DNA from: Bacillota bacterium
GTDB taxonomy: Bacteria; Bacillota; Clostridia; Christensenellales; CAG-138
Length of the DNA stretch: 64,000 nucleotides
Reading direction: 5' to 3'
Assembly: GCA_023409435.1 (NCBI GenBank)
Contig: JAEYHP010000156.1
Location: 2,959-66,958, forward strand
Shown: positions 55,702-64,000 of the stretch, one piece after another
How the letters are laid out: every line of letters begins with the position of its first letter
How positions within the stretch are numbered: the first letter of the stretch is position 1
Translations under genes and position numbers: made by a program
Notes under the pieces: model-generated
What the model saw: the letters and a program-made list of their open reading frames with translations, nothing else
Told to the model about the DNA's origin: nothing
The model's database searches: none

Positions 55702-56547
55702 TTATACAACCAATATCCTTTCACAGCCTGCCTGCCGTACGATGCTTGCAAGCGCTTCCATTTCGGCGTCGTCGGGCACGGCGTGCGCCCGGTATGTATC
55801 CCGTACGCCTAAGGGGCGGAAGCGTATCAGCTTGTACCGGACGGGACTGCCGGTTTTCCAATAAGGAGCGAGGATGCTGCATACCTGTTCCACGGTATCC
55901 GCGTTGGGCAAGGCGTTTGACACCACAACGGTCCGCACCTCTTCCAATTTCCCCGCTCCAGCAAGAAAATCAAGGTTTTTTAACGCCATGTCGTTCGTTT
56001 GCCCCGTAAGCTGCAGGTGCTGGGCCGTGTCTGCGCATTTTATATCCAGCATCACGCCGTCGCAGACGGACAGAAGCGCAGGATCGGCTGCAAAATCATA
56101 GCTGCCGTTGGAATCAAACAGCACCGTGAGCCCAAGCGCCTTTGCGCCCCTGGAGACCTCATAGAGAAAATCCCGCCAAAGCGTACACTCCCCGCCGGAA
56201 AACGTAATGCCGCGGATAAACGGAATGTTGCGCTTGATGCGGTCAAGCGCCTGCTCCGGCGTCATCCAATTGATTTTCGGAGAAGCATTGTGCATACATG
56301 CTTTCAGGCACGCGTCGCAGGCGCAGCAAACGGAAGCGTCCCAGCGGACAGCGCCATCCTTCATACGCAGCGCCCCTGTGGGACAGACGCTTACGCAATC
56401 CCCGCAATGGATACAGGCATTGATGGTCTCCGGGTTGTGGCAGTAGCCGCAGTTGAAATTGCAGCCCTGCAAAAACAGCGCGGTACGGTTTCCCGGACCG
56501 TCCACGCTGCTTTGGTCAATGATACGGTTGACAGGCGCCAGCATCAT
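55702..56547 (-). CDS. yjjW: Glycyl-radical-enzyme activase, YjjW-like (radical SAM with two extra ferredoxin-type clusters)
   Basis: 281-aa ORF with GCNFNCGYCHNPE (CX3CX2C), CIHCGDCVSVCP and CCACDACLKAC motifs. It forms an ATGA overlap with the glycyl-radical-enzyme (GRE) stop. Confidence 0.85.
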   Translation of the reverse strand: MMLAPVNRIIDQSSVDGPGNRTALFLQGCNFNCGYCHNPETINACIHCGDCVSVCPTGALRMKDGAVRWDASVCCACDACLKACMHNASPKINWMTPEQALDRIKRNIPFIRGITFSGGECTLWRDFLYEVSRGAKALGLTVLFDSNGSYDFAADPALLSVCDGVMLDIKCADTAQHLQLTGQTNDMALKNLDFLAGAGKLEEVRTVVVSNALPNADTVEQVCSILAPYWKTGSPVRYKLIRFRPLGVRDTYRAHAVPDDAEMEALASIVRQAGCERILVV

Positions 56548-58112
56548 AGCTGGCGGACTTTCCGTTCCAGAATTTTCGCGTTTCGCACCTCACCAAGACC
56601 CCAAAGGGCGTTGTGCTGCTGCACGGCCTCGCCGCGCGCAAGCTTTTCCATATCCGAGCGCTTGACAAGATACCCGGTAATACGCACCACGTCCGCGTCG
56701 CTGGCATAGGTGGAGAAATAGCGCATGCCTACCGAGAACGAGCCTCGAATAAGATCCAGCAGGCTTTCGGGGTTGTTTTTGAGCGTGACCTCAAACGGGA
56801 AGATATCTCCCGTTCCGGAATGGAAGAAGGGGTGAAACTTTCCCGCGTGGCGCAGGTGCTCATAAAGCGGGATTTCCTCGCCGATGGGGATGCGCGCGCC
56901 GGGGCTGGTACCGATATCGCTGTCGATGCCGACCTGCGCGTGCAGGGAATAGTGGTCGGCGCTGATCTCGCAATACGCGCAGCGGTGCGCCTCCACAAGC
57001 GCGGTGAGCCGTTCCATAACGGTAAGCCCCAGCGCGTCCGCCTCCTTGCTGTGGCCAAAGCGGAAGGAATTGCCCGCCTTTTCACACAGCGTGTTGACGC
57101 ATTCTGCCAAGCCTACCATACCGAACATGCCGGTGAACAGCTCGCGCTTCAAGAAGCCTTCCTGCACCAGAAAGTTGGAGCGGAAGAACAGGCTTTCCTC
57201 CACCAAAAACTTGATTTTCTCGTCCATGAAGGCATTGATTGTAAATACCGCTTGCGGCAGCACGCGGGCAAAGAAATCTTCCTGGTCCGCCGCCTGTTTT
57301 GCCGCCTGGTGAAGGTTCAGGCGGCACAGCGTATACGCCCCGCCGCCCACGGGCAGCGCGTTGTAACAGCTTGCGATGCCGTATTCCACCGGATACTCGT
57401 TCCGATACGTCTTATGGTCGGCAAAGCTGGGGCTTGCGTAGGCAAGGGCGTTGCGGATGCACTTGTTCGCAAACGCGTCGGGCGTAATATCGGGGTCATA
57501 CAGCATGGTCATGCCGGGGACGGCGTTCTGCAGTTCATATCCGCAATCCAATATGATATTGCCCGCCAAAGTTTCCTCCGGCCCGATATTGGCGTGCGCG
57601 TAGGAATCTGAAATCGTTCTATCGATGAATATCAGGAAATTCTTGATCAGGTAATGTGCTTCTTCCTCATCCTTTATAAACGGATTGAGCAATTGATCAA
57701 TCCTGCCGAGGTAAACCGGGAAATTGGTTACAGAAGGGACGTGGCGGTAAAACATAAGAAGCGCCTGGGTGGCCTCAAACAGGTTCGTTGGCGGATCGAT
57801 ACGCAAAAACTTGCAGCCGTCCTTCATCAGCTTGGCGTAATCCGGCAGCAGGTAACGCGGGCAGTAGGGCGCATATCCTTCCCCAAGGTCGGAGATTACG
57901 CCTAAGTCCGAGAGCTGCTCGTACCCTTCGGGTATTGGGAAAGCGAAAAACGCCTGTGCGGGCAGGCGGGAAAGGTTCATCATCGCCTGTTCGTGCGTAA
58001 ATGAAGTATCCTTGATAATACGCAGCGCACTTTCAGGCAGAGGGGAAAGTAGACTCATAAGGCTCATCCTTTCAACTTCAGATATGCCGATCTCTTTAAT
58101 TTCATTATACAA
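56544..58112 (-). CDS. yjjI: YjjI-family (DUF3029) putative glycyl radical enzyme
   Basis: The ORF is about 505-522 aa. A C-terminal VVRITGYLV motif (RxxG glycyl-radical loop) lies about 45 aa from the end. Size and pairing with a YjjW-type activase fit the family. The track start is a TTG with no RBS. The ATGs at 58067 and 58058 are better start candidates, the latter preceded by AAAGGA. Confidence 0.75.
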   Translation of the reverse strand: MYNEIKEIGISEVERMSLMSLLSPLPESALRIIKDTSFTHEQAMMNLSRLPAQAFFAFPIPEGYEQLSDLGVISDLGEGYAPYCPRYLLPDYAKLMKDGCKFLRIDPPTNLFEATQALLMFYRHVPSVTNFPVYLGRIDQLLNPFIKDEEEAHYLIKNFLIFIDRTISDSYAHANIGPEETLAGNIILDCGYELQNAVPGMTMLYDPDITPDAFANKCIRNALAYASPSFADHKTYRNEYPVEYGIASCYNALPVGGGAYTLCRLNLHQAAKQAADQEDFFARVLPQAVFTINAFMDEKIKFLVEESLFFRSNFLVQEGFLKRELFTGMFGMVGLAECVNTLCEKAGNSFRFGHSKEADALGLTVMERLTALVEAHRCAYCEISADHYSLHAQVGIDSDIGTSPGARIPIGEEIPLYEHLRHAGKFHPFFHSGTGDIFPFEVTLKNNPESLLDLIRGSFSVGMRYFSTYASDADVVRITGYLVKRSDMEKLARGEAVQQHNALWGLGEVRNAKILERKVRQL

Positions 58113-58367
58113 GTTGATAAAAAAGATGCAACGCTTTTAGGAAGAAAAAATCCGCATCATATAAAATTCCAGATATATTCTGGGATTCTCGCATAAGAAA
58201 AGTTAAATAGACGTGGAATTAATTTTAGACAAGTTTAAAACAGATTTAGCGGCCGGAGTTCGCTTTAAACCGCACATCAAAGCATTTTGACATTTAGAAA
58301 AAAATATGGGAATATATGATAAAGGTCATCAGACATAACGAACAGATCATAAAAGGAGAGTAAAATC

Positions 58368-58838
58368 ATGAGGAAGCTGCCCGTAATTCTCTGCATATTG
58401 CTGATGTCTTTCATGTTGGCTATACCCGCGTTTGCCGCTGCATACTCTCCCGCGGAACTGGACGAACTTTGCGGCGTTGTGGAGGGTATTCTGGGAAAAG
58501 AACATACCTATACGACTGCTGTGAAATGGGATTCTGTGTTCGTCGAAGTTGATAACGATCAGTTTTATGATGTATGTGACTTTGTACAAAGCAATCCCTC
58601 CTTTGAGAACATCCCAATTATCGTGCACAACAAATCAGGGGGAACGTATTTAGGTAAAGATGATGAGGGCTGGTATATAGTGGAGCCCAACGCTATCCCG
58701 ACCGACGGGGAACCCGTGCTTAATCCGCCTTCGACGGGGGACATACCCAACGTCTTCCCAAGCGTTGCGTTGGTGGCCATGGCTGTTGGCGCGCTGGCAT
58801 TACTGTCAACATACAGGCGGCGAGGTCGGCAACATTGA
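58368..58838 (+). CDS. Small secreted, probably sortase-anchored surface protein
   Basis: 156-aa ORF with an AAAGGAG RBS and the signal peptide ...IPAFA/AA. The C-terminus is NPPSTGD, then a hydrophobic helix, then RRRGRQH. This is an (S/P)PxTG-type sorting signal. Confidence 0.7.
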   Translation: MRKLPVILCILLMSFMLAIPAFAAAYSPAELDELCGVVEGILGKEHTYTTAVKWDSVFVEVDNDQFYDVCDFVQSNPSFENIPIIVHNKSGGTYLGKDDEGWYIVEPNAIPTDGEPVLNPPSTGDIPNVFPSVALVAMAVGALALLSTYRRRGRQH

Positions 58839-58884
58839 AATGTCTTTTAAGATCAAAGCTAACAATCAAATATTGTGTTGCCTG

Positions 58885-59442
58885 TCAACGGGGCGGACGC
58901 CCCATGATAAAATGACTGAGGAAAAACAGATGGCTAAAACGAAATGCTATACAAACAGTTACTATTAAGGCAAGAATATTTACAACCTTAACAGTCCTGC
59001 TCGTAAAGATCCTGAATAATAAAGCATAAATACCAATGCCGAGTATCCCGCCAAGCGTATTACCCAGTATGTCGGTGATGTCGGTTCTTCCCATTGCAAA
59101 AATGAACTGTGTACCTTCAAATAGTAAGGATAGACCGATAACCGGAAGGACTTTTTTCACAAAAGACCATTCGCTTTTTAACATGCCAATATAGATGCCT
59201 AACGGGATAAAAAGAAGTATATTATAAATGATTTCACGTAAAAGTATAACTCCGTCTGCATCAAAAGACCCCTGAAGCGGAATCAGGTTGATTACTCGTA
59301 TCCCATCCGATATTTCAGAATAAAACGGCAGTTTGAAAAGAATAATCCCCGTCAATATCAACATGTATATCGCGAACAATACGATTGTAAGAGTATTTTG
59401 CTTTTCACTTTTCATTGGCTTTTCTCCTATATAGTTGCTCAC
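58885..59442 (-). CDS. vanZ: VanZ-family membrane protein
   Basis: 185-aa ORF with 4-5 TM helices and a VanZ-like pattern (NLIPL..., DITDILGNTLGGILG). It follows vanY directly. Confidence 0.7.
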   Translation of the reverse strand: MSNYIGEKPMKSEKQNTLTIVLFAIYMLILTGIILFKLPFYSEISDGIRVINLIPLQGSFDADGVILLREIIYNILLFIPLGIYIGMLKSEWSFVKKVLPVIGLSLLFEGTQFIFAMGRTDITDILGNTLGGILGIGIYALLFRIFTSRTVKVVNILALIVTVCIAFRFSHLFFLSHFIMGRPPR

Positions 59443-59459
59443 ATCTGCGGTACAACTGG

Positions 59460-60188
59460 TTATTTCATATTATCCAGGTATTCCTCGAGGCAGATACCCT
59501 GCGTGTAAATTTCCTTTGCCGCTTCCACTCCAACATATCTGTAATGCCATGGCTCATAAATCGTACCTGTTATGTCAGCTTTATCAGACGGATAACGGAG
59601 GATAAACCCGTATTTATAGCCGTTTTTATGCAGCCACCCGTAAACCTCGTCACTCGTTGATTGATCCGCATCCGCATTGATGTCAACCGCAATTCCCAGT
59701 TGATGTTCGCTTGTTCCCGGAACCGCAACCGATTCTTCGGCTAATTCTTGCGCCTTCGCCGCGGAATAGCCTTGCGCTTTATATTCCTCAACTTTTTCAT
59801 CCAGAAGGTTTTGCTGATAGTCCGCCGTCCTATACCCCGATGCAACAACAGGATATATGCCGTCCGCTCTTGCGGCATCGAACATGGCCTGGAGGCTGGG
59901 GTAAATCCTCGTATCAACGTTCTGGCCGTTTGAGAGCTGCGTCAGATCCACTTCATAATCCTCGGGTATGGTATTTTGCCGGTTGACAAGGATCAGGCTC
60001 CATATATCGGCTTTTGTCGACGATCTATCCCACAGATCATCTATATTGATTTTGTCGATCAGCAGCTTTCCGCAAACCAGCACGATAAGGCAGATAACTA
60101 TCAATAAAGATTTTCGTATCTTTCCTGCTCCTGAATTGTGACGCGCCCGCTGCTGTCTGTTATTCGCTTTATAAGAGCCCCGTTCCAT
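59460..60188 (-). CDS. vanY: VanY-type D,D-carboxypeptidase (peptidase M15B)
   Basis: I trimmed the track ORF to the ATG at 60186-60188, which follows an AAGGAG RBS. It has an N-terminal TM anchor and the motifs SGYRTADYQ, PGTSEHQLGIAVDI, GFILRYP and EPWHYRYVG. Confidence 0.8.
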   Translation of the reverse strand: MERGSYKANNRQQRARHNSGAGKIRKSLLIVICLIVLVCGKLLIDKINIDDLWDRSSTKADIWSLILVNRQNTIPEDYEVDLTQLSNGQNVDTRIYPSLQAMFDAARADGIYPVVASGYRTADYQQNLLDEKVEEYKAQGYSAAKAQELAEESVAVPGTSEHQLGIAVDINADADQSTSDEVYGWLHKNGYKYGFILRYPSDKADITGTIYEPWHYRYVGVEAAKEIYTQGICLEEYLDNMK

Positions 60189-60338
60189 TCCATACTCCTT
60201 TAACGAAAAAAGCCGGTTTATCCTTGGCATCAAGTATACCGTCGGATAAACAGGCGCTACTTTAATCTGAAATTGCTATTTTACTAAGAAAGAATTGAGG
60301 CATCCATAAGATTTTATTAACATTAGAAGGAACTTGTC

Positions 60339-61493
60339 TTAGGGCGTCTTTACCGATAAATCAACGGGGAGTTCCACACAAAATGTTGTACATTCATTGT
60401 CACTCTCAGCGCTGATGGTACCGCCATGTAAAGAAATGATATCTTTGGCAATGGCAAGCCCTAACCCCGCTCCGCCCGTTGCGCTTGATCTGGCGGCGTC
60501 CAACCTGTAAAACTTCTCAAATATTAAATTCAGCTGGTCCTTGGGAACGACCCCCTGGTTTTCAAAACGAATACTGACTTTATCGGGTTTTGCTTCCGCA
60601 GTGATATCAATCGTGCTGTCATCCACGCTATACGCAATCGCGTTTTTCAGAATATTGTTGAACACCCTGGCGAGCTTCTCGGAATCCCCGTAAACGATGA
60701 CATTTTCTTTGATATCGGTTTTTATTTGTTTTCCGCTCGCAGCAAGCTGCGGATACATTTCATCGGCAATCTGCACCATCATATAGCACAGGTTTATGTT
60801 TTCCTTGTTAAGCGGCAAATACTGAAGGTTATAGCGTGTGATCTCAAAGAACTCGCTGATCAGCTTTTCAAGGCGATACGCCTTTTCAAGCGCTATCCCA
60901 ACATATTTCGCTTTCTGCTTCGTCGGCATGTCCGGGGCCTCGTTAAGCAGGCTTAAATATCCGATTACCGAAGTAAGAGGGGTCCTGATATCGTGTGCAA
61001 GATAAACGACGAGGTCGTTTTTTCGCTGTTCCTCGGCCTGAGCTTGTTCCGTACGTTTTTTCAGCTTGTCCTTTACCTCAGTCAGTTTTGTTTCCATGAA
61101 TTTAAGCTCGGGGCTCAGTACAATTGCCTCATTGTCTTCCTCCGCCAACTTGTCTATGCCGGTAACAATCTGATCAAAATATTTCGCAAACCAGGAAAAT
61201 GACAGACGTAACAAAATAAAGAAAAATACAATCATTGTGGCCACAATGATAATATCTAAATTGTTTCTGATATACCACTGATAGATGAAGTCTGAGGACT
61301 TCGGATCAGTACGCCACAGGATTCCAATGAGCCGAACCAGAAAGTCCGCCAATTTCCCTCTCAATACAACGCGCAGCACGAGTACAAGAACGGCGGCGGC
61401 CCCCAGTACCGCAATTGTCTGATAGAATAATCTTTGGATCAGCTTACTGTATACTTTTCCCCTTAACGTTTTATTTTTCAATTTTGTAGCCAA
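60339..61493 (-). CDS. vanS: VanS-type sensor histidine kinase
   Basis: 384-aa ORF collinear with my recollection of Tn1546 VanS (KLKNK..., QRKNDLVVYLAHDIRTPLTSVIGYLSLL, APDMP..KAKYV, ARVFNNILKNA, GGAGLGLAIAK). It has a TTG start that overlaps vanR by 23 nt. Confidence 0.85.
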   Translation of the reverse strand: MATKLKNKTLRGKVYSKLIQRLFYQTIAVLGAAAVLVLVLRVVLRGKLADFLVRLIGILWRTDPKSSDFIYQWYIRNNLDIIIVATMIVFFFILLRLSFSWFAKYFDQIVTGIDKLAEEDNEAIVLSPELKFMETKLTEVKDKLKKRTEQAQAEEQRKNDLVVYLAHDIRTPLTSVIGYLSLLNEAPDMPTKQKAKYVGIALEKAYRLEKLISEFFEITRYNLQYLPLNKENINLCYMMVQIADEMYPQLAASGKQIKTDIKENVIVYGDSEKLARVFNNILKNAIAYSVDDSTIDITAEAKPDKVSIRFENQGVVPKDQLNLIFEKFYRLDAARSSATGGAGLGLAIAKDIISLHGGTISAESDNECTTFCVELPVDLSVKTP

Positions 61494-62172
61494 CCCCCCA
61501 TACCGTTTTGATATACTTCGGGTTTTCTACCGTGTCGTTCATTTTCTCTCGTAAATGGCGGATGTGGACGGTGATCGTATTATTGTTCTTGTTGAAATAT
61601 TCGTCCTTCCAGATTTCATGGAACAATTCTTCTGAGCTGACGACCTTGCCTTTCCTCTCCAGCAGGATGCGAAGTATGGAAAACTCGGTAGGTGTGAGTA
61701 CAAGCGGTGTTTCGTTTATAAAGCATTCATGGGTTTTGTCATTCATCACCAGGTCGGAATAAACAATAACAGATTCCGGGGCGACGTCAATCTGTGCAGT
61801 ATTGTACTTTTTGTATCTGCGCAATTGAGCTTTCACCCTCGCCACCAGTTCAAGAGGACGAAAAGGCTTTGTAACATAATCGTCTGCTCCCAAAGTCAGC
61901 CCGGTAATCTTGTCGGTTTCTTCATCTTTGGCTGTCAGCATAATAATGGGATAGGTAAAACGTTCCCGTATTTTCTGACAAAGCGCAAAACCATGGATGT
62001 CCGGCAGCATAATGTCAAGAATTGCAAGGTCAAGCTCCGTAGTATCTATACATGTAAGAGCGTCCTTTGCAGAGTAAAACTTAAATACTTCATAATTTTC
62101 ATTCCGCAGGTATACTTCTATTAAATCCGCTATTTCATGTTCATCGTCAACAACAAGAACTTTATCGTCCAT
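61471..62172 (-). CDS. vanR: VanR-type OmpR-family response regulator
   Basis: 233-aa ORF with near full-length similarity to my recollection of Tn1546 VanR (VDDEHEIADL, DLAILDIMLP, TKPFRPLEL.ARVKAQLRRYKK, ITVHIRHLREKMNDT..NPKYIKTVWGVGYKIEK). Confidence 0.88.
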   Translation of the reverse strand: MDDKVLVVDDEHEIADLIEVYLRNENYEVFKFYSAKDALTCIDTTELDLAILDIMLPDIHGFALCQKIRERFTYPIIMLTAKDEETDKITGLTLGADDYVTKPFRPLELVARVKAQLRRYKKYNTAQIDVAPESVIVYSDLVMNDKTHECFINETPLVLTPTEFSILRILLERKGKVVSSEELFHEIWKDEYFNKNNNTITVHIRHLREKMNDTVENPKYIKTVWGVGYKIEK

Positions 62173-62460
62173 GATTTTCAGCTCCTTTCAGGCAGGACTC
62201 AACATCTTACTATTTTATCAAATTCGGTAACGATATTTATAATTTCCCGCATGAGAAAGTATTAAAATTCTCATAAGGACCCCGCTTCCTTATGCCTGCA
62301 CTCAACGAAGTTCTCCATTCATCTGTTCACGGGGCCTTGACCAGGCGAAGTCCCCAGCACACCCTCTTACCGCCAATATTTCCCTCGCCTCTGTTTGACA
62401 CCTTTACAATCCCCGCGCGTCATATTACCATAGCAACAGACGTGCGAAGGGGGATACTGA

Positions 62461-64000
62461 ATGAACGCGGGCGGCAAGGGAACGGGTAAGGTCGGGCGGA
62501 TGTTTCGCGCGGGACTGCTGCTGCTTGCGCTTGCGGGGCTGCTGGTACTCGGCCGCACGCTGTTCGTGGTGTTTGAGGACCCCATGCGGGCGTTTAGAAC
62601 GCCCCAGCCCGCCGGTACCGCCGTTATGCCTACAGCAACTGGATCCGCGCCGGCCGTTACGCCAGCCGTTACAGCCATGCCAAGCGTTATTCCGGCCGCT
62701 ACGGCCACACCGGGCGTTACGCCAGCCGCTACGGCAGCTCCAACCCCCGCGCCCACGCCGGCAAATCTCGAGTATATGAGCGAGCGCGTGAACATACTGC
62801 TCGTGGGGTACGACAGCAGCCCCGAGCGCACGGTGGAGGAGAGCGAGGTCTACCGCGACGAGACCAACGATTTCCGGTCCGACGTGCTTATGCTGCTGAC
62901 GGTCAATTTTAAGGCCAAGAGCGTGGATCTCATCTCCGTGCCGCGCGACAGCTACGCGCCCATCTACAACGAAAAAGGTGAGCTTTACAGCAGAAACGGC
63001 AAATGGAAGATCAACGCCGCATTCGCCAAGGGCGGCAGCGAAGGCTCGCGCGGCTATAAATTCGCCATGCAGACGGTATCGAAGCTGCTCGGCGTACCCA
63101 TAGACTACTACGCGGGCGTGGACATGGAGGGGCTCAAGGGCGTGGTCAACGCCATGGGCGGGGTGTATTACGACGTGGACCTGACCATACACCTCAACGG
63201 CCGCACGCTGCGCCCCGGCTACCAGAAGCTCAGCGGGCAGGATGTGCTCGATTATGTGCGCGCGCGCAAGGGCATCAGCACCGACACGGGACGCAATGAC
63301 CGCCAGCAGCGCATACTCTTCGCCATATTCGAGCAGTTGAAGAGCAAGGACCAGCTCAAGAACTTCCCCAAGATATACCGCTCCATCAAAAAATATCTGC
63401 ACACCAACCTGACCACAGAACAGGTGGCCGCCATCGCCGCATTCGGCATGCAGTTAAACATGGACGATATCCACCGCCACACTCTCGAGGGCGAATACCG
63501 CAGCGACACACCCTATTCCAGCGCGAACTATTACCTCATCGACAACGGGAAGCTCGCAGTACTCATCAAAAGCATTTACGGCATCGACATCGCGGTGAAT
63601 CCGCGCTACGATATCGGCTACGTGCTCGCAGACATCGCAGCAAGGGCGGCGCGCTCTGACGTGTCCGATGCGGAATACCTGCTCACGCGCTCCAAGGTCA
63701 AGGCGGCGTTTCCCACCGACGATGCGGGCCAATACCCGGTTGGCAGCTCTGCCCGCGCACTCCTCGAACAGATCGCCGCTTTGCGCGCGCTGTCCACCCG
63801 CGCCGAAAATGCCGACCTCGATGTGCCGTTCGATGTGCGCGCCATCCACGCCGCCCAGTCCGTCCTCTACGTACGCATGCTCTCACTCTGCGAGGCCGCG
63901 AATATCTCGCAGCGCGACGTGAGCAAATCCCGCCTGCCCGAGACCGTCTACAACGCCCTGCCCGAGCGCTCCGCCACGCCCGCGCCCACGGCGACCCCGG
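62461..64000 (+). CDS. LytR-CpsA-Psr (LCP) family cell-envelope phosphotransferase; the 3' end runs off the right edge
   Basis: My own translation from the ATG at 62461 (RBS GAAGGGGGA) is open to position 64000. It shows an N-terminal TM helix, a Pro/Ala/Thr tether and the LCP core (VNILLVGYDS...RSDVLMLLTVN...ISVPRDSY...INAAFA...GGV). It is absent from the ORF track because it has no stop. Confidence 0.85.
   Translation, partial: MNAGGKGTGKVGRMFRAGLLLLALAGLLVLGRTLFVVFEDPMRAFRTPQPAGTAVMPTATGSAPAVTPAVTAMPSVIPAATATPGVTPAATAAPTPAPTPANLEYMSERVNILLVGYDSSPERTVEESEVYRDETNDFRSDVLMLLTVNFKAKSVDLISVPRDSYAPIYNEKGELYSRNGKWKINAAFAKGGSEGSRGYKFAMQTVSKLLGVPIDYYAGVDMEGLKGVVNAMGGVYYDVDLTIHLNGRTLRPGYQKLSGQDVLDYVRARKGISTDTGRNDRQQRILFAIFEQLKSKDQLKNFPKIYRSIKKYLHTNLTTEQVAAIAAFGMQLNMDDIHRHTLEGEYRSDTPYSSANYYLIDNGKLAVLIKSIYGIDIAVNPRYDIGYVLADIAARAARSDVSDAEYLLTRSKVKAAFPTDDAGQYPVGSSARALLEQIAALRALSTRAENADLDVPFDVRAIHAAQSVLYVRMLSLCEAANISQRDVSKSRLPETVYNALPERSATPAPTATP

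Noticed and set aside
58113-62460. Search for vanH, a D-Ala-D-Lac/Ser ligase, vanX, vanT, or transposase/integrase genes flanking the van-like cluster.
   Set aside because: No ORF in any frame shows ligase (ATP-grasp), D-lactate dehydrogenase, VanX or recombinase signatures. I therefore do not call it a mobile element or a complete resistance operon.
1-64000. Scan for tRNA, rRNA, CRISPR arrays, IS elements, prophage or toxin-antitoxin/defence genes.
   Set aside because: None were recognisable by eye. Apart from the motifs and hairpins listed above, the intergenic regions are short and show no spaced direct-repeat arrays. This is a visual inspection only, so tRNAscan, Infernal and CRISPR finders should confirm it.

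Overview
This is a 64-kb chromosomal segment from a GC-rich Gram-positive anaerobe, probably Clostridia-like. That inference rests on lipobox lipoproteins with Pro/Ala tethers, an (S/P)PxTG sortase signal, LCP and VanRS genes, the anaerobic cbi pathway and a glycyl-radical enzyme. I saw no rRNA, tRNA, CRISPR, transposase or phage genes. Layout: (i) 1-13.8 kb, minus strand: 15 tightly overlapping cobalamin genes (cbiD-F-G-H-J-ET-A-cobT-U-S-C-cbiB-cobD-cbiP-cbiC) behind a cobalamin riboswitch. (ii) 14.1-19.7 kb, plus strand: a second, divergent cobalamin riboswitch drives an exported lipoprotein CbiK homologue, two paralogous uncharacterised surface proteins and a BtuFCD-like ABC importer. This is one of my two best candidates for an undescribed system (surface corrinoid/tetrapyrrole capture). 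(iii) 19.9-23.1 kb: KDG genes (kdgK, eda, VOC) plus an AraC regulator. (iv) 23.2-36.3 kb: a long minus-strand catabolic operon with a divergent LacI regulator. It encodes an FAD oxidoreductase, a MaoC hydratase, a type III CoA-transferase, a Liv-type ABC importer, two Gfo/Idh/MocA oxidoreductases and two TIM-barrel enzymes. (v) 36.8-44.9 kb: PfkB kinase, LacI, GH4 glycosidase, AfuABC-like importer and PHP hydrolase. (vi) A lone DUF4317-like gene. (vii) 46.5-58.1 kb: a nucleoside locus. A YjjI-family glycyl-radical enzyme and its YjjW activase are translationally coupled to a nucleoside hydrolase. A BMP-type ABC importer, a deaminase-type amidohydrolase, a Udp-like phosphorylase and a GntR regulator follow. 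This is the second top candidate. (viii) 58.1-62.3 kb: a visibly AT-richer vanR-vanS-vanY-vanZ cluster without ligase, vanH or vanX, next to a small sortase substrate. (ix) 62.5-64 kb: a partial LCP-family gene. Many ORF-track entries are antisense shadow ORFs or carry artefactual N-terminal extensions, because the track uses alternative start codons. I trimmed starts where an RBS or a stop/start overlap supported it.
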